A stretch of DNA of 64,000 nt, from contig NC_092679.1 in NCBI RefSeq assembly GCF_964355755.1, positions 18,831,432 through 18,895,431 on the forward strand, given 5' to 3'. The notes under the pieces were generated by a model, which worked only from the letters and a program-made list of their open reading frames with translations, did not search any database and was not told where the DNA came from. The stretch is from Antedon mediterranea (taxonomy: Eukaryota; Animalia; Echinodermata). Shown here piece by piece: positions 38,966 to 51,100 of this stretch. Each line of letters opens with the position of its first letter. The first letter of the stretch is position 1. Both the position numbers and the translations under genes were made by a program.

Positions 38966-41900
38966 TTAACTAGAAAAGTGTTTGCGTTGCTTTGAAGCAT
39001 TCTTCTTCCTTCGCTTTGCTATGTACGTGTCTAATTTTCCTGATTCCTTCAACATTTTGTATTTTTCAGTTAGTTCTGCCTTTCGTTTTTCCGCTAAAAT
39101 GACACAAAATAACATATATAAGTAAAAGAAGATGAGGTCATTTTGTATATATATATTGTGCATACATTAGAGGACTAGAGTGTTGTTCCACTGTACCATG
39201 CCAACAAGGGTGTTAATATGCTATCCAATCAAATTTGAACCATACTATAAAAGCCCTAGTGGTCTAATCTAATGATAGGATCAGTGGCATAACGTAATGG
39301 AGGCCTCTGGTTTAGGAACCCCAAGTGGCCTTCCAACGCTGGAGGCATTGGGCGTTTTTAGCCTTTTTCGACATACTTTAATACCTGATTTTTCGTCTGG
39401 GCACTACTCAGGGGCCCCAATAAGCCCCTGGGTTTAGCCAGTGAGTGCTCATAGCCGTTACACCACTAGGTAGATTGTAATCAAGCAGAATGTTCGAATC
39501 TTGGTTGGGGAATCTCTTTCTCATTCTCATACACAATTTAAAACAAATCTGTGCCAGTCCCTTTCCAGCATTTTAATCATTTTCTGTGCGATGATCTACT
39601 TACACTTCTTAAGATAAAATGGTTTCTTTCCTTGCTTTATCAGTTCTCTTTCTGCAGCTCGTCTTTGTTTTTCCATCTCTTTTTGCCTCTGTTTATTTTC
39701 TTCTGATTTTTCTTTTTGTTTCTTAAGTATACAAATACATAAATGAATTATATATAAATTTAAAATTTAAGCTAAAATACATTTTTCCTTTTTACTATAT
39801 TTATACTGATGCTTCATATTCTCACTTGTTTTTATTATTTTTTGTAACCATGTTAAAGGGAGACAAGTTTACTTTTTTTATGCTCTGTATTATTTGTATG
39901 GCATTTGATATGAAATAAATGTTTGCTGAATTAAACTGAATTTACATCAGCCCTATCTTCCTGTACAGGCTTATTTCATTATTATTTTCAGAAAAACAGT
40001 ATCGCTTTTTGATGATGAACAACTCTAAAATGTATATATGTGTTTATTGTTTTATGTTTTTTATGTAAAAGGGTCCTGCGAAAACAGAAGTGTAAACTTC
40101 TCTATGCAGGATCCTTGCCATCATTTATGCTATGAAACTGTATTTATAAACGATGAGTAAATAAATGTGAATTGAATTGAATTAACGTCAACCATTGCAA
40201 GATGTAGCACCATTTCCTCTTAAAGTATTCTTATTATATCTCCATTCATTTTAATTAATGTTCATGAAATAATCAGTCTTCTTACCATTTTCTGCAGTAG
40301 ATTTTTCAGTTGAGCTTGTTTCTCTGTATCTTGAGCCTTCTTAATCTCTTTCTGAACTTGCTGGTAACAAAAGAAAAAAAAAGAAATGGCTAGAAATGTT
40401 ATTTAAGTTTAACTCACACTGTAATCTGTACACAGTTTACTGTGATTATTTATAATACATATATATTTATTTTTTATATTTTATTTAAAGATTGTAAATA
40501 ACAAAATATAAGTTAAATGTAAACCAGAAATAGCAAAGAACAAAGTGGGTCACTTCAAGAAAGGGCGAAATTCTCAATTACTCAATTAATTTCTCAGAAT
40601 AATATGATAATATGTGCGCTTTATAAATCTTATTATCTTAGCTTCGGATAAACTTGGGGAACATGTTTGTTTCTATAGACAGTTAACGTTATACAGTTTC
40701 ACTGACCTCCTGTTCATTTTTCCTTATGTCCTTCAGAAAACTGTAATTCTGATTAAATGCTTCTTCCTTAAATTCACCAGATAGATCATCAAATCTAGGA
40801 TCTCTTGACGTCTACAAAAAACAATAACACAATTTAAGTATGATGAAATGTCAGTTATTTCTTAATAGATAGAAACTCTACATTTGACGCACAGGCAACC
40901 AACTAACATTAAATACATGCATGACACCATGTCGTTAAGCTCTGTCTAATCAAAATAGTTTGATGTGCCCAAATATGGTAATGATATGCTTAAATATGGT
41001 AGTGATATGACATCATCATGTCCATATATGGGCACATAATATTTTTTTGTCACATAAAGTTGTGTACACAGACCTTTAGTCCCATCCCACATTCGTATCT
41101 TACCCTGCTGTTTACTGGAACTACTTCTCTTCTTCTTGTAATAGTCTTCTTTGACGATATTTCTTGAGGCCTAGATGAAAAAAAATCATAGTATATATAT
41201 ATATTTTTTTTTAAATTTAAAAAAAATCTACCAATTCAAATTCATGAGAAACTGGCTTGTTTGCTTTATGCTGCCAAACTAACCTGTTTTTATTTAACCG
41301 ATTAAACTTTGGTGGTTGGTTACTTGTTCTTTTCTGCTTTCTCTTGTTACCAAACATTGCTTCCTCATAACTATACATGACATAATTATATTATTTAAGC
41401 ATTGTAACTTTTATTAAAAATATTATATCTATCATTAGTGTGTTCTAAACACTTTAGAAATGCAATCAAACAGAGTTTCTGATACTCTTAGAATCTTAAC
41501 ATCAATAATATAACCTTAATTAACATTAAAACAATATTTATATCAAAATACATACATTTTTGTGCCTAATGTCTCTTGTAATTTCTGCAATTCTTCAAAT
41601 GAAACTTCAGATAATTCTACAAAAAAAAAAACTGTTAAAAAATACATGTATACATATGTAGTCTAATGACATTTGATGGTTGTTTTAAAAATTCTGTAGA
41701 CCTACTCTGAATTGAAAAAATTATAAATGAATTGAAAGAATAATGAATGAGTTGAAAGAATAATAAATGAATTGAAAGAATAATGAATGAGTTGAAAGAA
41801 TAATGAATGAATTGAATGAATAATGAATGAGTTGAAAGAATAATGAATGAATTGAAAGAATAATAAATGAATTGAAAGAATAATGAATGAGTTGAAAGAA

Positions 41901-42935
41901 TAATAAATGAATTGAATGAATAATGAATGAATTGAAAGAATAATGAATGAATTGAAAGAATAATGAATGAATTGAAAGAATAATGAATGAATTGAAAGAA
42001 TAATAAATGAATTGAAAGAATAATGAATGAGTTGAAAGAATAATAAATGAATTGAATGAATAATGAATGAATTGAAAGAATAATGAATGAATTGAAAGAA
42101 TAATGAATGAATTGAAAGAATAATGAATGAATTGAAAGAATAATAAATGAATTGAAAGAATAATGAATGAGTTGAAAGAATAATAAATGAATTGAAAGAA
42201 TAATGAATGAGTTGAAAGAATAATAAATGAATTGAATGAATAATGAATGAATTGAAAGAATAATGAATGAATTGAAAGAATAATGAATGAATTGAAAGAA
42301 TAATGAATGAGTTGAAAGAATAATGAATGAATTGAATGAATAATGAATGAATTGAAAGAATAATGAATGAATTGAAAGAATAACAACAAATGAATTGAAA
42401 GAATAATGAATGAGTTGAAAGAATAATGAATGAATTGAATGAATAATGAATGAATTAAGTAAGAGAATTTTAATACGCACCATTCCTTATTAGTTTCTGT
42501 GAATAAAAACAAACCATGAAAATAATTAAACTTGTTGCACTCTGCATTTAATATTTTTTTATTATATTTATTATAAACAATTTGCACCATCATGACTAAT
42601 TATATATAGCTAAGCCCATTTTGTCACATTGCCTATGACAAAATTGGCTACTTGTAATCATTGTTTATTTAATTCAATCTTGGAAGCTGCCCTATCCAGG
42701 CCTAGATAGACAGTGAAGGGCCAGCTGCTGGGTCAGGGCGGCGGCAAAGACCAGCCAGGCAGGTATGTATTGTCGAGTCGATCACAGCCAGGCCTAGCCT
42801 ACACGGTACCCTAACTAGCAAATTATGGTACTGACGATATTGATATTTCTATAATGAAAGCACATTAAATTTAAAAAGCATCATTCTTACAAATCGATCA
42901 TTTGAGTCACTCGTAACTACTGTTTTACTTTCCAT
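38966..42935 (-). CDS. RRP36: Ribosomal RNA processing protein 36 homolog
   Basis: Approximate exons: 42935-42891, 42496-42481 (16-nt microexon), 41617-41557, 41371-41285, 41170-41105, 40812-40707, 40361-40287, 39721-39604, 39093-38966. Motifs include 'ELSEVSFEELQKLQETLGTK', 'NKNRPQEISSK', 'RDPRFDDLSGEF', 'GKKPFYLKKSE' and 'KRRKKNASK'. Confidence 0.92.
41708..42456 (+). repeat. Minisatellite, ~37 x 20 bp (TAATGAATGAATTGAAAGAA), in RRP36 intron 2
   Basis: 20-bp periodicity with a few recurring point variants. Confidence 0.95.
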
Positions 42936-43226
42936 TTTTCTGTGTTTTTCCACACGTTTTGTGCGTGTGCTCAGCAGCAGCAGCGATTCTCTATATATTT
43001 ACTGTATTGTCAATACTGCCCTCAACCTGACAGGAATCGTCCATCCAAACTTTTCTTCCAACATTCAATTTCAGTACATTTTTGAAAAGTGAGAATTCTT
43101 AGATGTACAAATTTCCGCAATCATGATCAAATTACCAAAATAAGCTAACACAACATGACAAAAATAATTGTGTTATTTCTATTTTTTTATTTATCTTCTT
43201 AAATACATAAATCATTCAGTCAAACA

Positions 43227-44820
43227 CTATTTGTATCCTCCTGCTTTCTCTGCGATAACCTCCTCCCGAATTTCATTCGCTTCTTCCGCACTTTTTTCTA
43301 AAAATTCCTTATATACATCTGGATTTAATTCCCTAACAACTTGTATTCCCATTGAAAGACATGATCCTATAATTCCTTTGCAAATACGTTCCATGCTTTG
43401 GATCTGTAAGTTAGGATCTTCCTGCTTCACTTTTGCAATTTCATAAACATGTTTCAATGTTATTTGCCCAACACAATGATTTCCTAAAAACGAAAAATAA
43501 TCATATCATATTTTATTTGAGACAACAATATCATAACAGCAAGCCCAGACAAGATTATTATCATACGACGTGGATCTATAGTAGGGCTGTCCTCTCCCTA
43601 AATGTTGAAAATAGCAATGCAAAAGATAGGATATGGATTTTGCATGTTATCTTACAATTTGTAAGCCCAGTTCCTATTTTAATATCATGGATTTGCCACC
43701 GAATAGTGTCTAAGCTCAGCAGACAAGGTGCTTTAGCAGTAGACGAAATTTGTTTGCTGGCTATGAAAACTGGATACAACATTTTCTAGGCCTAGGTAGT
43801 CTCTAGTTTAAAAAGAGCACTTCAGTAAAAACAAGGGGAGAGGGCAGGATTTCATTTAAATAGTAATACTACAAACTTTCTTGGCTTTGAAATAAATCCA
43901 TGTAGAATCACCTACTTTTTTTAAAAGCTATATTCAAAAGTATTTCTCACCTGGTTTGTGAGCACCTTTAGCCACCCCTGCAGCAGACTTGACAAAATAT
44001 GAAACAGGAGGTGATTTGATCTCCAATGTACATGTCCTGTCAGGCTGCAATTTAGAAACAATTGTGTGATATATAATATATGTCTACATTATAAAACAAA
44101 GACAGAGCTGTATATATGTTTTCGACCTATCTATTTTGTATGAAAACGTATAGTAATTAAATTAAATAAATTCAAAATCAACTAAATGAAACAACGTACA
44201 TTTATTATAATATTTGTAGGTAATGGAATTCCTTCTTTAATATGATTGGTCTTCTGGTTGAAGTCTTTACAGAACTGACCAATGGGAATTCCTCTCTGAA
44301 AAAAAATGTTTAAAAAATGTTTAAAATCCTGTTAGATAAAAATGTTGGAATAAATAAACATTTATTTTGTGCCAATTCCACAAAAAAAATGATCAAAGGA
44401 CCATTGAATCGGCACTGTACAAGATTTAAAATTTCTATTAAAAAAATTGAGAGATAATGATTTTGTTTTAAATAGTGTGACTTTGTTTCTAAGAGAAGAT
44501 ACAAGCAACGCAATAAAAAGTGCATCTATCACAAGTCTTAGTACTGAAAGAAGGAAATAATTGTACATATATTTTTATGATGAAGGGCTAATGTTTCAGG
44601 CTGTTTTGCTTTAGCTTTTTGCTTATTTTGTATCTCCATTGAGATACAGCCATTGATACCCACATTGTCATTTTTTCAGTAATTTTAACTTATATACCTG
44701 ACCCAGTACAGGTCCAAGGGGTGGACCGGGTGCTGCTCGTCCAGCTTTGATGTATGTCTTTATTACGTTGCCATGAACTACCTTCCCAGTATCCTTTACT
44801 GCTTTGCCAACACGGGACAT
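43227..44820 (-). CDS. MRPL11: Mitochondrial ribosomal protein L11 (uL11m)
   Basis: Exons 44820-44698, 44296-44201, 44044-43951, 43483-43227. Peptide '[78 protein letters not shown]'. An acceptor at ~44860 implies an upstream non-coding exon. Confidence 0.94.
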
Positions 44821-45340
44821 TGTCAAAGAAATTTAACTTCGGAAATCTGATTATAACAGCTGGATTTAAAAAAAAATAATATCAAGTTAGTAAAATTTCA
44901 TCCAATACAAATGTCACTAAAATTCTTTTACTTTTAATTTATTTAAAAAACAAAAATAACACAAGGATAATAAAATCATAAATAAATGGATTAATTTATC
45001 ATTTCAATGAATTAATGCAAATTAATGCACTGTACTGGTAGAACAACAGAAGTTTCTATGTAAATGAATATTTAAATAATCTAATTTGGTTACACATGTG
45101 TTGAAATTATTGGAATGGAACTGAAGAACAGCTAGGAGGAGAAGCAAACACATACCATGGATCAGCAGCACTGAACTCCACTCACTAGGTGTAGGAAAAT
45201 ATAATTATGACTGCTTTTCTAAGTAAGTTTAATATATTATATACTTTTTGCATTATTAGGGCTAGGCCTACAACAATATCTTATTTATTATAATATTAAC
45301 TATCTATACATTTTATGATCATTCCGGCCCTATACTAACG

Positions 45341-47439
45341 GGATCCAGTCAAGTCGCCCCATCGCAAAGTCGCCCCATACAAAGTCGCCCAATACAAAGT
45401 CGCCCCATCGCAAAGTCGCCCCAAAACAAAGTCGCCCGGGCACAGTCGCCCCATCTCAAAGTCGCCCCATTACAAAGTCGCCCCATCGCAAATTCGCCCC
45501 ATCGCAAAGTCGCCCAAACGCAAAGTCGCCCCATCGCAAAGTCGCCCACGGTTTTAATCATATCGGTCGTTTGATATCGATTGCGTTGTTACTTTGGTCG
45601 CGCTAAATGTCGTATACATTAATGTTTATCCTATTATATACATAATATGTGTTTTAATTTGTATTTTACAGGTTTTAATGGAGTGATGTGGTTTTTAAAA
45701 ATCATTAAAAAAATAGTCCCTTGTTTGAAAGTTCTAAAAAGATTATCCCTCATGATTTATAGTTTCGAAAATGTTAATTTAATATGATTTTAAAATTAGT
45801 TACCAGAGCCACAATTACAATTTCTTCAACCTACGCGATACCAGCTCATTTTTTAGGATAATATAATAAATGTATAAATGTGTAGTAGGCCTTCGTATAG
45901 ATTTACAGTAGTTAAAACAATAACAGTGTTGTAAGACAATAAGTGTTATAGGCTACTTATTGATCATTTTGCATTTATTGACAAGTTATGTGTCTTAATT
46001 TTATAATGACTTTTCAAAATGAAGAAAAAAAAAGGGGATTTCATTGCCGATATGATTGTTTTACATGCAGGTATTAGTAAAATTAAAACGCGACATTTTG
46101 ACCATGGAAAAACCATCGTACAGTATCGTGTGCGTGTTTGTTAAAAAGGGGAATCCCCGACGGTCAGCAGAAAGACGTAGCAGCTGTGAGGAAACAGATA
46201 CCAGAAGGCGCAGCTCCGATTGGATTCAGAGAATGTTTCAGATGGCGAGTGGCCTTTTATTCAACAGCACAATGATCATTTTACTGAAGAAATTCTTTTC
46301 AATCCTTTTGGTTATAGAACATTCTAATTATAATGCCTAATAAATATCCTCATATCGGGTGTTTATTTAATTTTAAATTAAACAAGACAGTGAAGAGGCA
46401 CGGAATAATACGTACACGGACGTACGACAAATACACACACGACGCACGTTATCATTTACGACATTATAGTAGTGATATGATGCAATTTTATAATGGATAT
46501 AATGATGGTATTGCCTTTCCAGGAGTCTTACAATCAATGTTCACTGTAATACTATGTATATAATAGTAAACTGAATGTTTATAAATAAATTGTTTTACGT
46601 AATTTGTTGCATACAAAATAAAAGATACAGACGTAGCCTATACGTTTCCTATAAAATATTTCACATTTAAATAATTATGTACTGTTAAATGACATTATGC
46701 TGGATAATACTATATCTCAAACTATGTTTACAAATTTTCATTTTTTAAGCCACACATCTTTCTCATCATACTGATCTGTAAAATAAAAACAAAAATCAAT
46801 TATTAATATAGGCCTAAATAATAATAATAAATATTCATCGACCAAAGTAAAAATAATCTAGATCGTATAACATCATTTTATCGCGACCGATTTCGAACGC
46901 GACTGATATCATGTGGTAATGATTGAAATGTGGTATTATTATTATCATCGTAAAACTCCGGCGGGGTTTCCCCATCTTCAGATGGTGCGTTGTAGAGTGC
47001 GACAACGGCAACGGCGGAGTAATTACGGGGGTTTCCCTCTGGTAAGCTAGCACGAGTGCGACCGCGGAGTGATTAGTCGGGGGCTTCCTCTCTGATGATA
47101 TGGGGGTGCGTGCCGATCGTGTGACCTGAGACTACATGGCGGGGCTTCCCCTTTTATGCCTACACGTTCAGTGTTATTTTGTGTATCATTGCAACATTTT
47201 ACGCACTTGTAAACTATTTTTTAACGTTTTGGGGCGAGTTTGCAATAGGGCGACTTTGTGATGGGGCGAATTTGCGATGGAGCGACTTTGCGTTGGGGCG
47301 ACTTTGCGATGGGGCGACTTTGCGATAGGGCGACTGTGTCGGGGCGACTTTGTTTTGGGGCGACTTTGCAATGGGGCGACTGTGTAAGGGGCGACTTTGT
47401 ATGGGGCGACTTTGCGATGGGGCGACTTGACTAGCATCC
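45341..47439. mobile_element. Non-autonomous foldback-type Mutator-like element (MULE)
   Basis: Perfect 9-bp TSD ATACTAACG (45332-45340 and 47440-47448). Termini are GGATCCAGTCAAGTCGCCCC and GGGGCGACTTGACTAGCATCC. The ~210-bp TIRs are built from ~15-16-bp CAAAGTCGCCCCATCG repeats. No transposase ORF. Confidence 0.85.
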
Positions 47440-48129
47440 ATACTAACGTATCCATCAAGCCCAATCAATGCCTTCTCGCAACAGTGCACCGCTTCTTGTA
47501 GAGGGCTATCCTAGTAGTAATCACTACACAGCTAGCTAGCCTCGCCGCGTAGCCCTACTAGGCCTAGTAGTAGTAGGCCTAGTGAGTATAGACCCAGGCT
47601 TTATTTTTATTATAATTAATTAATTCTTTTTCCTCATATAATGTACTTTAGTATCATTACACATTTATATACTTTCATCAGCAAACCTTTACGTACATAA
47701 ATCTACATGAGGTTAGGCCTGGAAATAGAAAGTCAACCGGCTAGGCCAAGCTAGGCTAGAGAGGAAAGGAACAAATTGCTAAAACTCGCTTGCACACATT
47801 GTTCAATTCGAGTAGCAAGGGCGCAGACATGTTTTTGGAATATAATTTAATGTTTATTTATTGCTTTGAATTGAATTGTATTATTTATACTGTGAATGAT
47901 AATTGATAAATATAAACTGCCTGTGTAATATAAATAATATTTTTGTAAATATAAGGTACTTTATTTATTTATTATATACATTTATTTGCAATGTTAATAA
48001 TTACTTTTGAAAGCTAGCTTGGAAAACGTGAAAGATGGCGTCATTGTAGTTAACGTTAGAAGAACGATCGAAGAGTAACAATTACCTTTTTAAAGTATAT
48101 ATATAAAGTATTTATATTTAAAAGGCATC

Positions 48130-51100
48130 ATGGTTAACCGAAAAGAATTGGAGAAACTTCGCGTAACTGATTTACGTACACGGTTATCATCTTTAGGTCT
48201 TACGACTAGTGGTAAGTTTGTAGGCTAGCTAGTTAGTCCTAGACTGAGGCCTAGACTAGCTAGCGCTATATAGGCTAGGCCTACTATATTATAGCCTAGA
48301 GGGAGATCCGCCTAGAGAAGGTCTGTATTTTTACAGGTAGGCAAAATGATTTTCATCAGCATAATAATTTTTTTTTCTTTTCAAAGGACGTAAAGCTGAG
48401 CTAATTGAGAGATTGTTGAACCGTCTGTCTCAAGATGAAGTGGACAATGCAACAGTTGGTATGTTGAATTCTGTGTCATTTCAAATAATATCTCAAACAA
48501 ATGTAAATTACTTTAGTTTTAATTTAATAATACTCTAAATAAGCAATGTAATATAATGCCATCATGGTGAAATTCGATATTTCAACATGTATGTGATCAA
48601 CCGTTGAATAAAAATCAGCATAAATTTCATTTCTGTTATAGGTCAGCCATCTGGCATGCCAGATATTCAGCAACAACAATTAGCTCAACTACAACACCAA
48701 CAATTGGCTCAACAACAGTTGCTTGAGCAGCAACAGCAGCTGGAGCAACGACGATTAGCAGAGCAGCAGTTACTACTTGAACGGCAACATATAGAACAGG
48801 AGCGTGCTGCTGAACAAAATCGCTTAGAACGGATAGAACAACAGCGTATTCATGAACAACAAGAACAAGCACGCTTACTGGAAGAAGCTAGAATTGTTGA
48901 ACAGCAAAGACAGGAAGAAGCCCGTATTCTAGAACGACAAAGACAGGAACAGCAGCGTCTGATAGAAGAGGCACAGCTTGCAGAACAGCAACGGATTGCA
49001 GAACAGCAAAGACAAGCAGCCCAAATTGCAGAGCAAAGAATACTAGAAGAAGCACGTCTGATGGAAGAGGCACGACTTGCAGAGCAAAGAAGACTGGAAG
49101 AAGCACGTCTGATGGAAGAGGCACGACTTGCAGAGCGAAGAAGACAGGAAGAAGCACGTCTGATGGAAGAGGCACGACTTGCAGAGCGAAGAAGACAGGA
49201 AGAAGCACGTCTGATGGAAGAGGCACAACTTGCCGAGCAAAGAAGACAAGAAGAGGCACGTCTGATTGAAGAGGCACAACTTGCTGAGCAAAGAAGACAA
49301 GAACAGGCACGTCTGATTGAAGAGGCACGACTTGCCGAGCAAAGAAGACAAGAAGAGGCACATCTCATGGAAGAGGCACGGCTTGCAGAGCAAAGAAGAC
49401 AGGAAGAGGCACAACTTGCCGAGCAAAGAAGACAAGAGGAGGCACGTCTGATGGAAGAAGCACAACTTGCAGAGCAAAGAAGGCAAGAAGAGGCACGTCT
49501 GATGGAAGAGACGCAACTTGCAGAGCAAAGAAGAATTCAAGAGGCACGACTTGCAGAACAAAGAAGACAAGAAGAGGCACGTCTTGCAGAACAAAGAAGA
49601 CAGGAAGAGGCACGTCTGATAGAAGAGGCACAAATTGCAGAGCAAAGAAGACAGGAAGAGGCTCGTCTGATGGAAGAGGCACGACTTGCAGAGCAGAGAA
49701 GACATGAGGCACAACTAATGGAAGAGGCAAAACTTTCAGAGCAAAAAAGACAGGAGGAAGCTCGTTTGATAGAAGAAGCAAGGATTGCAGATCAGCAAAG
49801 AAGAGAACAGGCTCGTTTGATGGAAGAGGCACAACTTTCAGAGCAAAAGAGACAAGAGGAGCAGCGTAACTTAGAAGAAGCACGTATTGCTGAGCAAAAA
49901 AGGTATGAACAACAGCAATTAGAAGCTGAAAGAATAGTAGAACAAGAACATCTTGAGAAAGAATCTGCTCTGCAGCAACAAAGAGCTGCAGAACTACGAG
50001 AACAAGATCATGCTTCAATAGAAATTCCAGAGCACTACCATCAGACAGGAATGAAAAGTGAAGACTATGATGAAGACATACAAGTTCCTGGAGTGGATAC
50101 GCATGTTGATGATGACTTCATAGCTAAAGAAAAGGATCGAATTCTAATGCAACAGCAAGAACGTCTTCAACAAATGCAAAAACGTGATGAAGAAGAAAGA
50201 CTGAAAGCTCGGCAACAGCAACAAATGTTAGCTGATGAGAGGTTAAGAAAAGAGCTAGCAAGAGAAAAAATCAAAGAGGAAGAACTTTACAGAGAACAGC
50301 AACGCGCGATTCATTTGCAACAGGAAGAAGAGGAATCAAGAGCAAGGCAACATCATCAGTTAAGGCATCAAAGAGGTAAGTGTTGAAAATAAATACAGTA
50401 TTTATTTTGTGTTTTTTCTGCTATTCGAAACACCTGAACAGATAACATGAATATACTGTATAATATTTTATCACCAACTTCAGGTAGCATGATGCGAAGC
50501 CCACCAAGGAGAGGTCCCTCAGATGATAGACCATTTCTGCATCAACTTCCTGGTCAAAAGCCGCCATCTCTGATGTCAATAGAGATAAGACCTGCAGCAC
50601 TTAGGCCACCTGGTGTAGATGATGACGATGAAGGAAATGAAGAAGAGGAGGATGTAGTGGAAAAGATCCGTCTGCCACATGCTCTTGAAAAGGTGCTACA
50701 GTTTAAGGATGTCAGGGCACAAGAAATTGGTGGTACTGAAGACGATGGTAAATATTTTGATTTACCTATTAATGTTATTATTTCCTTGACAAGATAGGAA
50801 CTCGTAATAGTCCTTTGATGTTATGTCTAGCTGAGACAAATACCAATAGTAATAGATTTATGATACTATGTAGATTTATGATATTGTCGCAGCCACAGAT
50901 AAACCCTTTGATCTCCAGAGCTCGGCATCCTGTAAGATTGCCTTGGCTATACATATTTCGTTACATAAAATATTTAACCTACATAATAATTATAATACTG
51001 TAATTATTACAGAAATTTACTGACAGACAATAATGAAAGTAGTAGTGAAACTTTGGTCTGGTGCTTGACCTTGATTACAATTCCTTGGTTCAAATACTGT

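Noticed and set aside
41635-42593. Long hydrophobic ORFs (282 and 290 aa)
   Set aside because: Stop-free translations of the 20-bp satellite inside an RRP36 intron.
44578-44690. Second functional hammerhead copy
   Set aside because: The core reads ATGATGA and the GCCC-GAAA half is deleted.
45349-47489. ORFs at 45349, 47186, 47214 and 46056 as a transposase
   Set aside because: The first three are translations of the TIR tandem repeats, and none shows a recognisable MULE DDE motif.
48636-50018. Several antisense Cys/Leu/Ser-rich ORFs
   Set aside because: Reverse-strand shadows of the SF3B2 repeat exon.
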